Source: the human T2T-CHM13v2.0 reference genome, Homo sapiens
DNA: 64,000 nt
Reading direction: 5' to 3' (one strand)
Assembly: GCF_009914755.1 (NCBI RefSeq)
Contig: NC_060926.1
Both the position numbers and the translations under genes were made by a program. The notes below the pieces were generated by a model. The model was given only the letters and a program-made list of their open reading frames with translations, was not told the origin of the DNA and did not search any database. Positions 59,846-64,000 of this stretch are shown here, piece after piece (within the stretch, counting starts at the first letter, position 1; every line of letters begins with the position of its first letter).

Positions 59846-60769
59846 TGACTGCTGTACTACAGTCGGGGACATAGATGCTCCTCTCCTTTCTCTCCTTCGC
59901 TGTAGAGAAGCCTTGAGTTGTGCTGTCTGCTGCAAGCCACTGACCCCTTTTTTTCCTACTTAACTGCTCCTGAGCATTCAAACTATGCTGGTTTCGTCCG
60001 CTCTCCTTGTGAGGTGAGATAGAAACCAGCTCCTTGGACAGCTCACCAAAAGGCTAGGATGTTGAAGACATGCTCCACTCCTCTCATTTCCTCCTGAGGC
60101 TGAATCCTCGGGTTGCGTACCTTCTCTCAATCTCTCAGAGCTGTGCTGAGTGCAGGAAGCTGTCCACCCCTTTTCCTTTGTTCTTAACTGCTCTCAGGCA
60201 TCTGAACCCTGCTGGTTTTGTTAGTATTCCACGTGAGTTTAGACAGAAATCCAGCCCCTAGGGCAGCACAGTGAAAAGCCGGATGTTGGTTGCACACTCT
60301 ACTCTCTCCCTCCAAGGGAGAAGTCCTAGGCCAAGGTGATCTCCTTGGTGCTGAGCTGTGCCGGCTTTGGGGAGGGGCTGACCTGGGTAAAATGTTCTTC
60401 TTGCCTGTTTCAGTGCAACTCTTCTTGGTTTTGTTCTTGTCTGGAGTACGACAATATCTTAATTGGTTTCTGGACTTTTCATAAAGGTATTTTTGTCTAT
60501 ATGTCCTTGCTAAATCAGTGTTTCTGAGAAGCTGTGAGAACTGGACCTTCTTCTAGTTCAGTTTTGACCTTAACTATTCATTTGGTCTCAAGCTACTGCT
60601 TTCTATTCTTTTCATTTTAACCACAGCCATGCATTCCTACTATTAAATACAGTAATTCCTCAAATGTGCCAGCTTCTTTCATACCTCTGCTTTCTACCCA
60701 GAACATCTTTTCTTACTCTTTGGATCAGTCAGGGTTCATTAAAAATCAGAAAAGCATATAAAATGTCAT

Positions 60770-61000
60770 TTGTTAAAACAGTGATTAAAAGCATGGACTC
60801 TAGAGCTAGCTTGCTTAGGTTTGAGTTTCAGCATTGCCATTTGTTAGCTGCTTGACTTTTGGCAAATTACTTATCTGTGCCTCAGTTTATTCACTTATTA
60901 AAATGGAGATGAGCTATGTCTAATCTCATTGGGTTGTTATTAGAATTAAATGAGTTAATCTATGTCAAGTTCTTATGACAATGCCCAGCACATAGTAATT
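60770..61000. mobile_element. MIR
   Basis: ggcaaattacttatctgtgcctcagtttattc…aaaatggagat core. Confidence 0.7.
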
Positions 61001-61353
61001 TTTAGATTTGAAAAAAATTAGAGTGTAGGTCACAGAGGCCTTGGGGGAACAAACTAGGGCAGTTGTGAAGGTCTCAGTGGCAAGATGCACAGGCCATCTG
61101 TTTGCCATCAAATGACTTGACTCCAGCTGCTTGCTTTCCTTTTAGTTTTCCCTCCAGATTTAGATTTCTGAAAGAGAACATCTGATTGACTGAGTTTGAG
61201 TCAAATGCCCATCCCTTAGGGGCAGTTAATCAATTAAGTGGTGTCAGGCCAACTAAAAAGCAGCTTCCCACTGTACTGTCCACTGAATGGACAGACTCAG
61301 CTCATACTGCATTTCCTGTGTCTTCCCTAATTGTCACCGTCAGAGTCCCTGTG

Positions 61354-61428
61354 CTTGTCATGTCTTACCCAGTCTCTGGTGCAGCCTTGACAACAGGCTG
61401 CACCGGAGACTGGGTAAGACATGACAAG
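61354..61428. ncRNA. MIR3130: MIR3130-1/-2 pre-miRNA hairpin (readable from both strands)
   Basis: 75-nt inverted repeat with 34-bp arms and a 7-nt loop; contains GCTGCACCGGAGACTGGGTAA, the recalled miR-3130-3p; lies in a FASTKD2 intron. Confidence 0.88.
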
Positions 61429-61929
61429 TTGTGTCACATCATTTGTTGTGTCAGTAAGTCTGTCTCTGCTCCTCAGTTGGTAAGCTCTCCGGAGTCCGAC
61501 CCAGCTGCCTGTTTTTCTGAACTTAGTACAGGACCTGCCAAAGAGTAGACATTTAATAAAGGTCGAAAAATATCTCCCAAATTCAATCTTCCTTTACTCC
61601 CCTGGCTTCATTTTCTTCTGAGGCTGGCTCCCATTGATGCCTTGTACTTTCTAGACAAATAATATCAAGCTAAGTGGTAATTAAAACTCCAGAAACAGCC
61701 CCAGAGGGATTAAGAGAGTAAGTACTGGGCGGGTAAGAGTTTTTCAGGTGACTCCAGGCAACCTGAGAGATAACTTGTTCCAACAAAATTGTTACATTGA
61801 AAATAGAGGGGGGATAACAAAGGTAACAAAGGCTGGGAGGACATTTAATAAAATGGCAGTAGTAGAATTAGTACAGGAGGAGAATCATGAATGTTGTCTT
61901 TTTGTCTGTCTATTCTGCTTTCATTTAAC

Positions 61930-62150
61930 CTAGTGGTTTTCAAACAGGGATGATTTTGCCTCCCAGGGGACATTTGGCAAGGTATGGAGATGGTTTTTAG
62001 TTGCCACAACAGGAGGGAGGTCTGTGCTACTGGCCTCTAGTGGACAGAGGCCAGGGGTGCCGCTAACATCCTACTATGCAGAAGATAGCCCCTCACAATA
62101 AGGAATTATCCAGCCCCGGATGTTAGTAGTGCTGAGATTGAGAAACCCTT
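61930..62150. mobile_element. MER20 (hAT-Charlie)
   Basis: tagtggttttcaaac…ggggacatttggcaa…gtgctactggcctctagtgg…gctgagattgagaaaccct. Confidence 0.8.
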
Positions 62151-63058
62151 ACCTAATTCTAAGCCTCCCACCTCAACATTTCTCCAAAGGAGAAGTAGGG
62201 GCAATATGGCAGATATAGCAAGATTAATTAGTCACCATTTCCTGAATGCCCATGAATGTACAATTGCCTGGATTTGGTATTTTGAAGGCTATAAAAAAAG
62301 AAGTTTGTATTCCCTGCTCTTCCTAGACCATTTATGAGAACAACTCTGTTGTATATCCAGAGGAAGGCAGTACATGGTAGGCACCAAGTAAGTGCTTTAT
62401 GGAGGAAGGAGAAAGGAAGATGGCAACTTATCTGGAGTAGCAAAGGTTTTGGAAGCAGAATAACTCAAAGTATTTGGGAAGAGAGTTGACTAGAAGAGAT
62501 GGTTAGATAGGAGAGTGGTAGGAATTCTGGCTTATTGTATACCCACATGCTATACATTAATCATTATTTCATTTATGATGGCCCATCGGGGAGAGGGTGT
62601 TAAATCCAGAGTATCTTGCTGCGCTTTGAACCCAAGGAACAAATATGTAACGTTTAAGCTCTGTTGTTTTGGTCCTTTGGTTTCTTCTCTTCTTGATCTG
62701 TATTTACCACCTTATGGATAATCCCACATTTGCATCTGTGGTCATGAGTGTGCTCCTTAACTCCAGACCTGAGTCTCTGTGGGTTGCATATGGTCACTGC
62801 ACATCCCAGAAGTGTCTCAAGTTCAGTAATTCTGGAAGTCAGCTATTTTTCTTGACTCATCGTTTTCCAATGACAAGCTCGTCCTCCTGTCTTCCTCATC
62901 AAAGTTTATTTGTTCGTTTAGTCAGCATTTGCCAAGCACCTGGACACTTAGGAGAAAGATGAATAAGACAGTCCTTCTTGCCAGAGGATTCTGTGTAATG
63001 GGTAAGGTAGATATGTAAATTGGCAGTTAAATATAGCATGAAAATTCGAGTGATCTAG

Positions 63059-63413
63059 CATATTAGTCTGTTTTCACGCAGCTGATAAAGACATACCCGA
63101 GACTGGGCACTTTACAAAAGAAAGAGGTTTAATGGACTCACAGTTCCACATGGCTGGGGAGGCCCCACAATCATGGCAGAAGATGAAAGGCACATCTCAC
63201 AGGGCAGCAGACAAGAGAGACAGCCAAGCAAAAGGGGTTTCCCCTTATAAAACTATCAGATCTCGTGAGACTTATTGACTACCACAAGAAGAGTATGGGG
63301 GAAACCACCCCCATGATTCAGCTATCTACCACTGGGTCCCTCACAACACAAGGGAATTATAGGAGCTACAATTCAAAATGAGATTTGGGTGGGGACACAG
63401 CCAAACCATATCA
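63059..63413 (-). mobile_element. THE1 solo LTR
   Basis: tattagtctgttttcacgcagctgataaagacatacccgagac…ccaaaccatatca; TSD tctag. Confidence 0.9.
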
Positions 63414-64000
63414 TCTAGGATATTTGGAAATAGAGGAAGGATATATCAGGATGCCAGCCTGGTGAAGAGGAGGGTCAGGGGATATCAGGCAGTGTTGCCT
63501 GGAGGGGTTGGTATCTGAGCTGATCTTAAAAGATGGAGAGATGGGGTTTTACCATGGAAAGATAAGCAGGAAAGAACATTCCAAGTGAAAGGCCCTCTAT
63601 ATGCAAGACCTGGAGGAAAGAAACAGCAGAGCACATGCAGGGAACAGCACACAGTTTGGGCTGCTGAAGCATGAGGTACAGGGTGAGGAGTGGGGCAAGA
63701 GAAGACCAGAGGGGGGATCATTACCCAGGCTCCCAACTTCCTTGTCCACACCATCCCCTGCCCCCGCATCCCACTGCATGTTCCAAAAGCAGTCAGTACT
63801 AATTTCAGAAGTGCTGCCTTGCTATTGCGTATATGATCTGTTATATTCCTCCCATTTCATCATAATTCCTATCGTTTTCCTGGCCTTATCACAGCCCTTC
63901 ATCCTCCCCAACACTTCTTCCCCTACCCGTGGACCTCTCAGTTGATTTCAGTCTCATTGTTAACAAGGGCTTGTGTCCAGGCATATTTGCCCCAGCTGTT

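Overview
Mammalian, most likely human, genomic DNA; gene content matches chr2q33.3 from memory. The window holds two head-to-head genes sharing a CpG-rich promoter at about 43.3-43.9 kb. MDH1B is complete on the minus strand: 12 coding exons between 43384 and 16589 splice with canonical GT-AG sites into 1557 nt, or 518 aa. FASTKD2 is partial on the plus strand: non-coding exon 1 plus coding exons 2-7, with intron 7 running off the window end. The MIR3130 hairpin lies in FASTKD2 intron 7. The rest is mostly Alu, L1, L2, MIR, MaLR/ERVL and Tigger/hAT repeats. Most notable observations: (1) MDH1B reads as a glutaredoxin-like CPYY domain fused to a catalytically degenerate MDH, next to an RFX X-box. 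(2) A perfect 52-bp-arm palindrome sits inside an old MIR and looks like a template-switch product. (3) A 5'-inverted L1 carries a ~455-bp 3' transduction within matching target-site duplications. (4) A strong-Kozak FASTKD2 uORF is in frame with the main CDS and separated from it by one TAA. (5) An inverted insertion appears to have been copied from a nearby part of the same L1. Repeat subfamily names and protein comparisons are from recalled consensus or reference sequences; no searches were run.
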